Below, one piece after another: positions 35,382 through 50,310 of a stretch of 64,000 nt of DNA (within the stretch, counting starts at the first letter, position 1; each line of letters begins with the position of its first letter). Below the pieces are notes generated by a model, which was given only the letters and a program-made list of their open reading frames with translations, searched no databases and was not told the origin of the DNA. Origin of the DNA: Ruditapes philippinarum (lineage: Eukaryota); contig NW_026855294.1 in the NCBI RefSeq assembly GCF_026571515.1, positions 806,001-870,000 of the forward strand, written 5' to 3'. The translations under genes were made by a program, and so were the position numbers.

Positions 35382-36854
35382 CAGGCTGTCCAGCACCTTC
35401 TAACAAAAAATTAGGGCAAATTTTAGGGCAATTTTAAAGAAAATTTAGGGCTAAAATTAGGAATTTTAAGGTAAATAAAGGAAATTTTAGGGCTAAAATT
35501 TGGAATTTTATAACTAAATTATGGCCTCAAAAGACCATGATAATTGGGCTCAACTTTACACATTTGATATAAAAGTAACTCACAAATAATGCTCTAGTTC
35601 AGTTATAGCACAGGTGTAACCAGTGTTCCATAGTCACCAGTGAAGGAATGGATTTATTGGTCAACTGCCTTTAAAAAGAGCTGAAAAACTACATTAAAAC
35701 TTAACTAGAATGAAAGCATTTTCAAAGTTGTAAGTATCCCTGAACAACCAATATTCAATTAATTAAGCTATGATTAGCCAATAATAAATGGAAGGGGAAA
35801 TTATGCTTTAGATTATTTTAGCTATAAATGCATTTCTTATTAACATTTATTCATTTTAAGGTTAATTGGTACATTTTCAACAAGTCTTGATCTTTCTTAA
35901 AAAAACAATAAAAACGATATGACCCACTCAAGTCATTCCCAGGAATATTTAAACTTATATTCAAACAGCAGGGTATACATCTATGATGAATTTGTTCAAG
36001 ATAAATCAGGCTACTCAAAATTGTAGAAAATTTCACAACAGTGTCAGTTTATTCAATGATTTTCAACAGTTTTTTTCCAGATTTTAAAAAACTTACACTA
36101 TATGTTTATTTGTTATAACATATGTTCAGTACATGTTAATGTGTACAAAAAGGGCAGCTGAAGGTGTTAAAATGGTAAAAGCATCCAATCATTACTGCCA
36201 GTTTACCTTACCCACTTTATAATAAGCAAATATAAAAACTTGTTTAGATCTGCCAGCTGGTATCACTTACAAAAGATCTGTTCCAGTCATCACTTGACAA
36301 TAACTTGATTACAAATTAAGATTTTATTGATACGAACCCTTACATAAAGTTTGATGAAATTTAGTGGTTCATCATGTAAATAGTTGCTTTAAATACACCT
36401 AAGACTTAGGTAAATGGCAAAACTCTGTAGCCAATAAAAATGTAACTTCCTTGGAAATTTTTTTATCACAATTTTAAACAGGTCACTATTTTGATATAGT
36501 CAAAGTCGGACAATTTCCATTGTTCCATTTAAAACAAACAGTGTCTTATTATTTTTCTGATAACATCTGACAATCAAGTATAGCATTTCTACATACTAAG
36601 TAAATACAACATGTGACTTCATGCAATTTAGTCAGACATGACATCAGTTCCACTGAATGTGTTCGAATTTAGGTTGTGATTGAAACATGGTTGTTTCGTG
36701 ATGTTTATCACAAAAGATAAAAAAAATAGGAATTTTAGTGAAAAAATAGGGCTTTTTTAGGAATTCCCTTTGAATTTTTCATTTTTTTAGGAATTTTAGC
36801 CAAACTGAAAAAAATTAGGATTTTTTAGGAATTTTAGGGACGCTGGACAGCCTG
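35382..36854. mobile_element. 1.47-kb non-autonomous DNA transposon with 13-bp TIRs, a 6-bp TSD and TTTAGG subterminal repeats
   Basis: CAGGCTGTCCAGC ... GCTGGACAGCCTG with TAAATA on both sides. Clusters of (A)ATTTTAGG(G) lie near both ends. Confidence 0.8.
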
Positions 36855-39800
36855 TAAATAGGTGATCTTGAGATCAAGCTGTGAGTTATTATGCTGAAAT
36901 CTTTGCTGCTGATAACTAGACTGGACATTGCAGGAACAAATTCTTGTTTATTACAATTGTATTTTAAACAATGATATATGAAAGCATGACAGTGGTATTT
37001 ATTTCATTCTGTGAATGAATGCAATAATTGTTACCATAAATTGAATAAATGATGGGCGACAGTGTTTATGTTACTTTGCCAGTGAGATATTTCTATATTT
37101 CACAAGATAAAATGCAGGACTGGTATATATTCGAGCATGTATCAACAAAAATGCCTTAAAAGTATATTATGTCTTAAATCTAACTTTTTATTAAAGACCA
37201 AAAAAAAATCTGTTTTGCAACAAAGAAACTACTGTCAATTATTTGTTTGTTTCATTTTTTACGCCTTTTTCCAACAGTATTTCAGTCATATAGGCAACTA
37301 CTGTCAATTAAAATGGATTTTTCAGGAAACATTAATAACCTTACTGAATTAAGAATCATTTGCTTTGATGTACTGTCAATTAAAATGGATTTTTCAGGAA
37401 ATACATCAAAGCAAATAAATGTTAATTTCAATTGCTGTTTAATACACGCGGGATAACAAGCTGCCTTTAATTACAAAACCACAGATATCCATTAAATATT
37501 GATCATACTTAATCTTAACTTTGACAATCTAGCTCAGATATGAAAACATACTGCTCAATAATCTTTATTTTATTTGCAAATAAAATTTGTTCGATTAAAC
37601 AATGCCATTTTCTAAATGAAATAATGTCTTTTCATGGTGCTCTTTACGTGAACATTAATAACCTTACTGAATCACCACAAGTCAGCCTTAATAAATAACC
37701 AACATTTATCTGATCACACAGGCTCACAATGGATCCCACAGTGAAGTTTAGTTGAACTAATATCATCAATTTATATCATTTTTCTTCAGAGAACATTAAA
37801 TATAAACAAATATAGTATTACAATGAGAAAAGCTGCTACAATTTGCACATCTGCCTTTACAGTTTAAACAGATCACAGTAACACTGATTGGTTTAAATGC
37901 TTAACAAATTACAACAACCACAGGACACAACTACCAGCATGATCAATCCAATAACATCATTAATGTCGACATCAAATTTTACATTTACTAACAGGTCAAA
38001 ATTGCCAGTAAAGAGTCAGTTTAGAATGCCCATAACTTGATCAGAATAAAAACTGTTTTTCTATAAACATCTTGTCAACAATGTTAGGGTTGTCTTAGCT
38101 GTCATTTAAAGATGTGTTCACAGTTTACATAAATATAGAACCAAACATATGGTATAGTTTTCACGTAATGTTGTTTCCCAAAAATTGTTGAACATGAATG
38201 TCATGAAGAGAATAAACATTAAAGAGTTAAGATCAGTAACAATAAATAAAGCACTATGGAGTAAATACAGAGGAAATATCAACCTCAACAGTAACCATTT
38301 TACACTGAAAATACGTAGAATCTTCTTAATACATTGGTAAATTCTGAAGCAACACATATTAAATGTGTGTAACCTATTCAAGGTGACCTCCATACAGATA
38401 TTCTATTTTTTGTCCATTGATATAACTTACAGAATGAGAAATTTAAAGCAGAAAAGAATTCTTACATTTCCATGACAATAAGATATCAATATTCAGGAAA
38501 TTGCCTATCAAAATATGAAACAGATTCCAAATATAATCTCCCAAAATGTCATGTAGTACCCTATTGACCCCTTGGTATTGCCTACAAGAATATTCATGAA
38601 ATTTAAAAATAAAAATATTGTTTTAACAGAAAAAAAGTACATAAAAATAGCAACTGATAAAAGAAGTAACAAGAAAAAAATTGAGTACAGACAAGCACTG
38701 TGATCTACTGACCATATAATGCCTTTGAAAAGTGGAAAGATTCTATGGCACATTATATATATACAACTAGTGAAATCAAATAACTAACAACTTGACATTT
38801 CCACATGTTAATAATCTGAAATAAGACATCTGTTTCAAACTTCTTGTCTCAGATTTCTCACCTCTAAATGTTATAAGCAATAACAGATTTCTAAGTCAAG
38901 GTTGTAAAAGGAATACCTGTAAATTAATAACATTTCATAATACCTGAAAGGTAATACGTCTGCTTTCATAATGTAAACCCTAGGAGTGTATGTCTTGTAC
39001 AGATTTATAAAGGTAAAGGAATAAATTTGACTAACTTTGAGGAACCAACTCTAAACAATTAAGGTAAAACACAAATTTATATGTTACAGGGTGAAATGTT
39101 ATACCTGGCTAGTAGGTATTCTATAAAATGTGCAATTGTGTTGGGTTTCATATCCTTACAATTTCATCTGAAAAGAATTTTAGCAAAAAGTGTCACTATC
39201 ATTTAACAGAATGGAATAAAACATTCCTAACAAAATATTCAACTGCTGTTCTTCTAAGAAGCAAAGTTAAAGTTTGCCCTCAACCAGCAGGTAAAGGATT
39301 ACAGTATTACAGGAATATGTATGGAACTGTTAGGTAATTGAACACTTGACTGTTTGACCTAAATGAAAATTTTCAGACTTTGTCAGAATTCTAAAGTAAG
39401 TATCCTATGTTAAATAAGTCAAGTATATACGCATAAAAATATAGAAATTTTTACCTTAATAAAAGAATGGTTACTGAGTTATTGACCCATATCTCTCATT
39501 GATGACTAAGTGACTAAGTTGTACACACTGGCAAGATTTCTTACTTGAGACCATAACATACACACAGCAGTTAAAAACTATCCGATTTTATCATACAAGT
39601 CTAAAACTATTTAAAACAGATTATTTTCACAACTTCTCGAAACACAAAAATCTATTAAAAAAATGCAAGAAACAAACAATGGTAATATCACTATTGAACA
39701 ATAGTACATAGATCAATGCATTGTAATACTAATAAATAACCAATCATGATGATAGTGAACAGTTACTTATCTCATACCCTTAGCACTTAATTAATTTCCA

Positions 39801-41526
39801 TACAATTTATGGCAAGATTTTAAACATTTAATACCCTTAACACGGCTAATAAGGTCAATTTTAACACTTACTGATATTGTATCAAAAATGACTGACCAAT
39901 GAGATTTCACACGAGCTGTACATTTAAAACATGCAGCAAATAGTGAGGTATGCAAATTAGGCACATTAAAACTGCATAAAAGCTTAAATGCAACAAGGCT
40001 TTGATTGACAAAACAATTTTAGTGATTTATAGACAGGTATACACATTTATCTTTGATATTTGGGTGGTACATATTCTAAAAAAACTTCTACACATACAAT
40101 TATACACTGTCTTAACATAACAGCTTCAATAAATAGATACCCATGTTTTAAAGTAGTTTTCTAGATTTTCAATTGTACCAAATTTCAAAGACAATTATTT
40201 ATCAAATTCACCATAATGTATAAAGTAATACATGTAGTTTACAAAACAATTAGTGTGAAAAATTAAAGACATTTAGACAAGGAAAGTAAGGTAGATGAAG
40301 GGGAAACATGTGAGTGATTAATATAGCTTTATAAAGTCAGTGTACAGCAACAGACCCAACATACTACAAGCAGATAATATGATTGATCTATCAATTTTGG
40401 AATGCCTTCTTAAATGAAATCTAAATTATTAGACCAATGAAAAAATCCTTATCTCAAGATTGGAGAGGGGAAAAATGCAAGAATAATTGAGTAAGATGCT
40501 AAATCAATAATCTTGTTTTGCCAGGATTGATTGTTGTTACAATCTGTTCAGACTAAAGTTTTATTCAATAATTAATCCTGCAGATAGCTGTCTATAGTGC
40601 ACAAATTTCAATCTTCTATACTTGTCATTATTAATGCAACGTGATCACATGGTAATTCAATACAAGATAAAAACATCATTTTATTTTAGACTGATTCTTA
40701 GATACTTGAAGCTGTGATATTACAAGTTTGCCTCCAGCAACAAGCAAAACATTTACTAATTTGAGAAATTTCAAATACTGGCATTTTTCATAACTGATTT
40801 TAGAATGAAAGTTTAAGATAACAAATTAGTTACACCAACATATGTTGTTTTTATGTTACTAACATCATTTCAGTTTTCAAAATCTACTTACAACCAACAG
40901 GTGATATCCAAGTTTGAGTGAAGCAATATAACATCTTGATTTTCTAGGCCCAAGAAAACCAAGAATAATGCCTCAGTCATTCAAAAATCAATAATTTAAT
41001 CTTTAATTTAAAACAACCTGCAAAGATTTAAAGTGTCATTACCATTAAGAATCAGTTTAAGAAACAGAAACAAGCATTACTTAACACTTTCTTCAACTTA
41101 TTAAATAAAAACTTGGTAAAACAATTAAAATAGAACGTCAACAAATATCAATTAAAACACCACATGGTCCTTTTTTAATGAAGTTCTTTACAAAAAAAAT
41201 ACACTGTTACAAAATATGCCTGATTTAGTGATTGCTATTCCTTATTTGTTAGGATATATCTAGCAACATTTTCAATTTTTTCCTGCCACTACTTAGACAC
41301 TATAAATCAAAAATTGGCAACATGTACATAAGAAATACAGAAACAACGACTGTATAAAATGATACATGCATATCAATAATTAACATGTAAAAAATGTAGA
41401 AAATACCAAATTTGATTTAATTATTGACTTTTCCCTTACAACTAATTTGTTTCAACTAAAATCATCCTAGCTCTAGACAAAGAGAGATGGAATGAAGACA
41501 GATAGAAAATAGAGCAAGATATAATT

Positions 41527-41662
41527 GAGCCGCGCCATGACAAAACCAACATAGTGGGTTTGCGACCAGCATGGATCCAGACCAGCCTGCTCATCCTCGC
41601 AGGCTGGTCTGGATCCATGCTGGTCGCAAACGCACTATGTTGGTTTTGTCATGACACGGCTC
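41527..41662. mobile_element. Palindromic MITE, copy 3 (internally deleted, 136 bp), in the probable TTBK 3'UTR
   Basis: Same TIRs as the 1685 and 3024 copies, with the central spacer missing. Confidence 0.85.
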
Positions 41663-41731
41663 ATATATAAAATTGTTGTAGATAGATATAAACACCAGTC
41701 ATTAATGAGTATATAGTATCAACAGTGAGCA

Positions 41732-41873
41732 TTAATTATCTTCCTCGGAGAAATCATCTTCTTGTTTCTTTGTTGGACTGTCTATATCATCAATATCATC
41801 ACAATGAACTACTTCAAGTTTGGCGTTCCGCAGAAATTCACCGGAGAAAACGTTCAACTGGGGCAGACACAAT
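41732..41873 (-). CDS. TTBK: TTBK probable alternative terminal coding exon (acidic tail LCLPQLNVFSGEFLRN...DDFSEEDN-stop)
   Basis: Acceptor TTGCACAG. The phase-2 join with the 43772 donor gives an open frame of 46 codons plus TAA. Confidence 0.6.
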
Positions 41874-42616
41874 CTGTGCAAGACAATAAAAAAAAAATTA
41901 TTATCTGATGTTCATATTCAGTTTATTTTACAATGATTAAATAATTTTTGAACACAACATCTACTTTTTTTTAACAATTTAATAAAATAAGACATGCATA
42001 CTACAGAAATGCAAATTTGCTGTTTTTAAAATATTTCTGGTGTTAAAAAACCCAGACAATATCAAGCAAAAGATAATTGCACTACTCTCTTTGGCTGTAT
42101 TGACACACGATTTTTTTTTCGCAAGCAATGCTTATTCATCAATTTCAGTTGCAAAGGCAGTTTGCCAAAGCAATTTAATTGTCTGTGAACTGCAACAGAC
42201 ATAAATGGCTTAGATTCTGCAGCTGTAAACACTCAAAATCCTTTACTTCATGTTTGCTCACATATTTGCAAAGGTACTTCACTGAATTTGCAAAGTGTTG
42301 AAAACACTCGTAAAGTTAAGGACTCAAACCCTCAAATGAAAGAAGAAAGCAATAGAATGCAAGCAAACTAATATCTGCTACACTTAGATACTTAAAAGCT
42401 AACTAAACATGCAAAGCATTGGAAAGTATTCAAGTTTTCACAATAAATAAAATCAAGCAAATACAAAAACAAAAATTCTTTACCTTTTACAAGAAACTTA
42501 TGTCTCGCCCAGAGTTGATCATTAGCGATGAATCAAGAAATGATAATTGCACAAGACAAAAACACTAAACTGAACAAATATGGAGGTCATGTGACTTGGA
42601 TTGATCATGTGACTAG

Positions 42617-42686
42617 TTACTGTGCTTGTGGCGAGGACGGAGAACGAGGACTTGAGTTTGCTGACGCCATTTTATACCGACGTCGC
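42617..42686 (-). CDS. TTBK: TTBK terminal coding exon (RRRRYKMASANSSPRSPSSPQAQ-stop)
   Basis: Acceptor TTGCAG, phase compatible with the 43772 donor. GC-rich coding-like sequence. Confidence 0.75.
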
Positions 42687-43771
42687 CTGCAACGAGACAA
42701 ATATTCTAGTAAGTTGCATCCCTGGCTCGTTAAATTTGTCACAAGATATTCTTTAAATTAAAAAAATCATATCGTTTTTTGTAATGACAGTTAACACCTT
42801 TAAAGGTTTCAAAGCAGGTAGACAAGTTTACATACAACCTAGTCATATTATAGTTTTCACTTATGATAGTTCCGGAGCAAGTATTGTAAATTGACTCTAA
42901 AAGATCACTAGCCATGTGACCCTTTAATTTAGCCAATAATCTGTCACATGTGACCTCAGTGTCACAGAAAAGCTTGCTACAAAATAAATGTACAAATATA
43001 TCATAGGTGCTTCAATTTACAATATGAAAGTGTACTCACAACAACAAAAAACAACATCAATATTTTTCTTAAATCACTTCTATTCTAAATATTTTTTTTT
43101 ATTCTAAAGTTCAAAATGTATTAGCAACCTAGAAGTACAAATGCATTTAATCAGTTAAATATTGCAATAACTTCTTAACATTGTGGTCACATGCATGGCA
43201 ACTGTCTGTTCTTTGATATTAAAATTCTGACAATTTAATCCCATGGTTTATTTAGATAATTATTATGTAATGAATATGTAAAATTGAACAAAGAAGCTGG
43301 AAGTCTGCTGAAGACATTTATATTATATTATGTGAAGTACATGAACTGAATGTTGCATTAAAAGGAATTTCAGTACACTCATTATTCCGGCATAAAATTA
43401 TGATACTTAATACTTTTTCAACTATTAACTGTTATTACTATACATCAATCTTCAATTATATGCAATGAGTAGTCAAAATCTCTTATTTTTCCATAGCAAG
43501 TTGTAAGCAATGTGCTTAAATAATTTATTCAGTTTCAAAGAAATTATGCATAGTGCATACTTATTTGAATGTTTGTTGTTTTTTTTTAATAAAAAGTTGA
43601 ACCTTAAGCATTAACAATAACTATATCCTTGACTCAAGTAAAATACTTACTACTCTGAAACTAACAAAACCACTGGAAATATACAACACTTAAGATTACA
43701 TTTTCACAATATGTAAACATGAAAGAAACAGAGATAACAGGCTGCATAAAGCAATAATAGAAACTATTTAC

Positions 43772-46015
43772 CTAGCTGAGTAAACAAGGTTCTTCTTTGG
43801 CGCTGATCCTTGATCTGGTGGTTTTGGTACTTTCTGGTTTAAATCAAGTGGTGGAACCGGTGTAAGATAATCTGGTTGAGAATTTTTGTTGTTATCACTC
43901 TTATCAACTCTTGGCGCTGAATTTGAACGTCTAAGTGCTCGTCTTTCTCTCCTTTCCTTATTCTCAGAGCGTTTCTTCTCCTCTTTTAATTTATTATCTT
44001 TAGTATCACTGTCTTTATTATCATCAACAACAATTGCATTGTTCAGTTTACTATCACTACTACTACTTGGCACTATATTAAAATGATTTTGCACTTTTTC
44101 TTCTAATGGTGATATAGCCGGTGTTGCACCTCTTGTCCGTATATGTTCCTCTATAGTCGTTAATGACTGTCTACGTTTAGTCTTATCTTCAGACCTAGAA
44201 TTGCTTCGGCCTCTTTCTCTACCTTCGCGACTTCTACTTCGCGACCTCCTTTCTAATCCAGCAATATCACCATCAGATTTTGTCTTCTCTTTTAACAGTA
44301 AGTCAATAGGCTTTAACAAATGTCTAGACTTAGCAGGAGAACCACTTATATTACTATCAGACCTTTTATCTTTTGCAATTTTGTCCAGGCTATCTGAACT
44401 TTTTTCTTTTCTTAGATTAGAGCTAGACAACTTACCAAAATTTGACAATTTCAAGTTATTTAAAACAGCTAATTTTTTAACATCTGACAAACTTTCTTTG
44501 TCTTTTAAAGATGATTTAGAAGGACTAGTAGGATATTTTGAAGGGGCATTCATTCGATTTCCTAAGTCTTTTGTTAATTTGTCACTAACATTTTCTGAAA
44601 GTTGACTGGGTATGGTAAATGCATGAGGTATTGCAGAATAACTAGAAGCTTGACTTGTTCCTATGGCACTCCCGTCCTTACTTGTTCTTTCACTTCTACC
44701 CCGCGACCTTTCACTACCAACAGCACTAAATGAAAAATCTCTAGAATCTATATTTAAACTTTTTTCATCCATTTTTTCTTTAATGAAAATATTCATGTGT
44801 TCTTGCGGACTATCTTCTATATCATCATCTATAAATATCAATGAATTCCGCATTAACTTTCCATGATCTTTATCAGAGTCAAAGTACATGGAATTCCTCG
44901 CTATACTATCTAACTTTAAATCATCTTCATCTGCTAAAGTATTCATAAGATTCATTTTATTTCTAGACTTTGTAGTAGATTTATGCACTTTGCCATCTGC
45001 TCCAATGACCTCTTCACCTCCCTCCTCCTCATTATCACTGTTATCAGTACTAGATGCAAACCCTGACACACCTTGCCATTGACTAGCATGCGTGAAAGGT
45101 GCTGCACGAGTTGCATTTTCATCTACATTATCATCACCCATAGTGTGAGTTCTATCATCAGTTTGCATAATTGCAAATGTTAACTGAGCTCTGCTAATTA
45201 AATGCTCTGGAAAAGAATTTTCCACAATATTGCACGAAGGTTCTGACTGGCGTCTTGGAACTATACCCCTATCCTTTTCACTCATATTTTCTGGCACGCT
45301 AAAAGCTTTTGGTATTTCCATCCCATCTTTATCCCTACCCACTTTCTCAAAGTTTCTGACTAACTGTTTCACACTATGAGGTTTATGCTGAGCAGTTTCA
45401 TTAATATCTGTTGCAGGTACAGCTTCAGGTACTTGTTCATCATCATTAGCACTTGATTTCTGACCTATATTCATTCCACCCCCAATCTTATTCATAGCAC
45501 TTTCAAATCTTTCGATTTGTGGTAAAGTTCGACTTGGCTTTGATATAGCACCATCTTGCTTACTAGCACTTGTCTTTTCAGGTTGAACATTTTTAGCTTC
45601 AGGCTTTATCACTTCGTTCTCTGACAATTTAATAGACACTCCCGTTTCTAGTTCTTTTAAATTCTGTTTACTATCACTTGTTTTAAGAATACCCTTTAAT
45701 TGTGTATCAAGTTTGGCTAAATCCTCACCAGCCTTTTCATCTTTATCTTTCTCCAGACCTTTGTTTTCATTTTCTTTATCCTCAATCTTTTCTTTTACTT
45801 TTTGTTCAGCTAAATGCTTTTCTTCTCCATCTTTATCATCTCGCATCTTCTCAGCTTCTTTCTCTTCACGAAGTTTGTTGTCCATTATTTTATATTTGTC
45901 ATCATTGATATGATCTGCTTCTTTCATTTTTTTCAGGTTTTCTTCACCATCATTTTCACTTAAGTTCTCATCAATTACTTCCGTTGCACCATGGCCTGGA
46001 GGATACTGGTTCAAG
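43772..46015 (-). CDS. TTBK: TTBK large exon encoding the disordered C-terminal tail
   Basis: 753-aa ORF with acceptor TTTTCAG and donor AG|GTAAAT. Phase matches the 46679 donor. Confidence 0.85.
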
Positions 46016-46677
46016 CTGAAAAAATACATACATGAATAACACTCATGTTTAATTGATCAGAGTTAATTTGATGCTTAACTACAGGCAAAAAATAAGTAGA
46101 AAATTATAAAGATGATACTATGTGGAAGTTTATAGTCTAGCATTTTTACGATACTTTGCATTTGTAATGTCACTTTTCATTGTGCAATCCTGAAGTTTAC
46201 ATAAACTATATACACAGTTGATGAGTAATTTTGAGTAATTTCTTTCTTTCTTTTTCTTTTCAAATAAAGGAAGTTTGCTGTATCATAAATTCTTTATATA
46301 GATTCTTGACAGGTTATATGGCTGTATATAGGTGCAGCTTGGATTAAATATACAAACCACCATATATATAGGGTCATATAACCTGTCCAAAATCTTTATA
46401 ACTAATAACTTAAGGTTTGAGAAAAGATATAATGAATTTATTTTCTATAAAACAAAAACCTTTGTCTCTACTGCAATGGAAATAAGTAAGGATAAAACCA
46501 TGTTTTTATTACACTGCGTAAAGTATTCCTAGTATTAAAGCTTCCAAGAAAGCATTGATTTTGTAGGATTAGTAACCTACAGAACATATGCTATAATATT
46601 ATGTACAGTAAATCATGTGCACATGGACCCTTATTAAACAGAAAAAAATAGGGGGATCAATTAATGTTGGTATCTTA

Positions 46678-47070
<393 letters not shown>

Positions 47071-47723
47071 TTAAGATAACACTTTGTTAATTAATCTCTC
47101 TTACCATTATGTTTTTCGAGCAAATATCTTGACTAACAGAAATAGGATGGTGTGATCCAAAAGTTGGCAGCTAAATCAACAAACTGACTGAAGAATTATT
47201 TTTTAATACATAAATTATCTTGAAAACTATTCAAACTAAACAAGCATGGTTATAAAATTTAAATTCAAAACATCTCTACATCAATACAAACAATGTAGAT
47301 ATATAACATGAGAACATAAATATTCCAATTCTTACTTCAACCCATCTTACCTCCCTGTATGAAATTAAGTTTGATGATAATGTTCTGTAAAGTCAATCAA
47401 TTTTTTAACTACAATCAGAACTTAAGACCTTTTTATGCATCCAAAAACATTACAAATGGCACTTGACATCTAAATGAAGTAGCAAATTAAAGCTCAAACA
47501 ACCATTAAATATGCATACATTCCTGTAACAGATGAAGTTTTCATTGAAATTAACATTTGATACAACCATTTTATCTCCAACAATGGGAGAAGAATTAGAA
47601 AATCATGTTAATTTTACAGCATCACGAAATTTACTGAAGAAATCTGAGGGAATTTATCAATGTGAAATAATCAAATTCATTCCTATCTTGTTAAATTGCT
47701 ACAGGCTTCTATTGAAATACATG

Positions 47724-48294
47724 TAATTCTCTATTTACAAACATTTATTTCATGATTTCCAGTGTTTTATTGTAATATATCAGATGATTATATTCTGATA
47801 AACCACTAGTGAAATTTATAAAATATAATTTTCACTGTAGCCGGACTATATCTGTATGCGGATGAAAAGAAAATCAAAACTGAATGGAATAACAGGCAAA
47901 AATAAATGCCGTCATGCGTAAATTTTGATTCTTTCGGAAAAGAAAATCGATGTCACCATACATTATGCTAAAAAAGTAACAAAATAAGAGAAATTTCACA
48001 GAACTATATTTCCAACCTGTTGATGTGACGTCATGATGTGATGACGTCACGAAGGAGAATGCGTGACGTTACGCGGCAAAATCAGTAAAAATTACTGAAA
48101 ATCACTTAAAACGCATGAAATAAAAAGAAAATTTATTTGTTTTACATATAAGATTGAAATATATTTCATTCGTGAACACCAGCTATTATATTTTCACTCG
48201 TGGCTACGCCACTCGTGAAAATATTGCATCTGGTGTTCACTCAGTGAAATTATATTTCAATCTTACATGCAAAACAAACAAATATCCTCTATAT
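47724..48294. mobile_element. Non-autonomous interspersed repeat, possibly Crypton-like
   Basis: Short direct terminal similarity (ATTCTCTAT / ATCCTCTAT), an internal imperfect palindrome TTTTCAC..GTGGC-TAC-GCCAC..GTGAAAA and two TGACGTCA sites. No TIR or TSD was seen. Confidence 0.4.
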
Positions 48295-49617
48295 CTTTTT
48301 TCATTCTTTTATATTTCTTTATATGAAACAATACTTTTATTGTTATTAAGGAAATTATATGAATTAATCATCTTCAAAAAAAAAATGAACTGTGATAAAC
48401 ATAATAAAATATCTGAGTATCGAACATTTCAATTGCAACAATGTTTGAGATAAAATAAACAAACCCCATGTGGACATGCTAATATCGATTCTAGTCTAAT
48501 ATGATCTTTAATGGATGTAAATTCTGATACAGGAAATGCACTCCTATAAAATTGCTGATGTCGGAACAAAGAAACAATAAAGATAGTTAAAATTGTCAAT
48601 ATTATTGCACTTCAGAGATGAGAATGGAGCCGTTATTGGTGTTAAGGCGCCATATTGATAATAAAGACAAGTAAAAGTCGGATATATAAATATCCTACAT
48701 GCACAGCATCTATCATTATCCGGATGCTTTTATCCTGTACATTTTGATTGCTGCATGTAATCTTGCTTTCACATTAGTGGTATTACTACCAGCTTCTTTC
48801 TACCATATTAACACAGTAATTAATGTACCATATTACTACATACACAGTTATTAATGTCAAAATTACTGCCATAATTATTAAACAATATCAAATATACAAG
48901 TGCCATTTCTATTTAACAATTTCGTCAAATTATGATGATTTGGTATCATATTTACAAATTTGGTATCATATTTACACAGTATTTATGGTAAAATGCTTTG
49001 ATGCCATAATTATGTACTAAAACAGCAATGTCAAATTCATTTTTGTAACCCTATATACCGGTATATAACAGTACAGTTAAAATGCCCAGTTTTTGAAGCT
49101 ATATATACATCAACATCGCAACAACTTCTTAACAGAAAATATAGGACAGATCTCAATACAGAATAAGTTCCTTGTCTGTTACATGCTGCTTATATTACTT
49201 ACAACTTGCAAACATTACGACAATGTATCAAATATTGAGGACTTTATTCTACGTCTTGACAAAAATATGATTTAAATATAAAATAACATATTTATAACAC
49301 TTGTTTTATAACACTTATTAAGTAAGTACTCTTTATTTTTGGTGTGTTAACGTTTAATTAAAACTTCTTATTATCTAAAACACATGTAATCCAAGATGTT
49401 TATAAAAAGCCTGCACGAAATAAGAGATGTAATTTTCTCTAAATGCTCTCATTTTACAAGTGAAAATGTATTTTAAGCAAATAAGTAACCTAAATGAGAT
49501 GAAACATGAGGGAAAAAGAAATGATGTATATTTATGTCTATCTGATATTAACTGGCAAACATCGAAACATCGTATCTTTATCTAGTTATGTAAGAATACA
49601 TCAAGTTTCACTTGTTA

Positions 49618-49974
<357 letters not shown>

Positions 49975-50310
49975 CTACTACATGCAAACAATTTAATATC
50001 CCCTAACATTTATAACACTGCAGCATATATAACAGAGAACTATTCATTGAATCAATGGTAAAATGGTAAAATTATATTTCACATACAAATAAACATCTAA
50101 TATAAATTCTTTGATAATCAGCAATATTTCTGATATAAACATATTTATAGTAAACCAACTTATGTAATATCCTAAGATAAGTTCATCATCTAACAACAGT
50201 GTCTCACAATGATTCCAGTAGAAAACATTATACACCCTTATTTGGATTTTTACCATATATGAAATCATGTGTTGCTGTTACTGGTTGTAATACATGTACT
50301 TATAATTCAA

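Noticed and set aside
44620-44645. SAIP as an EB1-binding SxIP motif in the TTBK tail
   Set aside because: It lacks basic flanking residues, and a 4-residue match is expected by chance in a Ser-rich tail.
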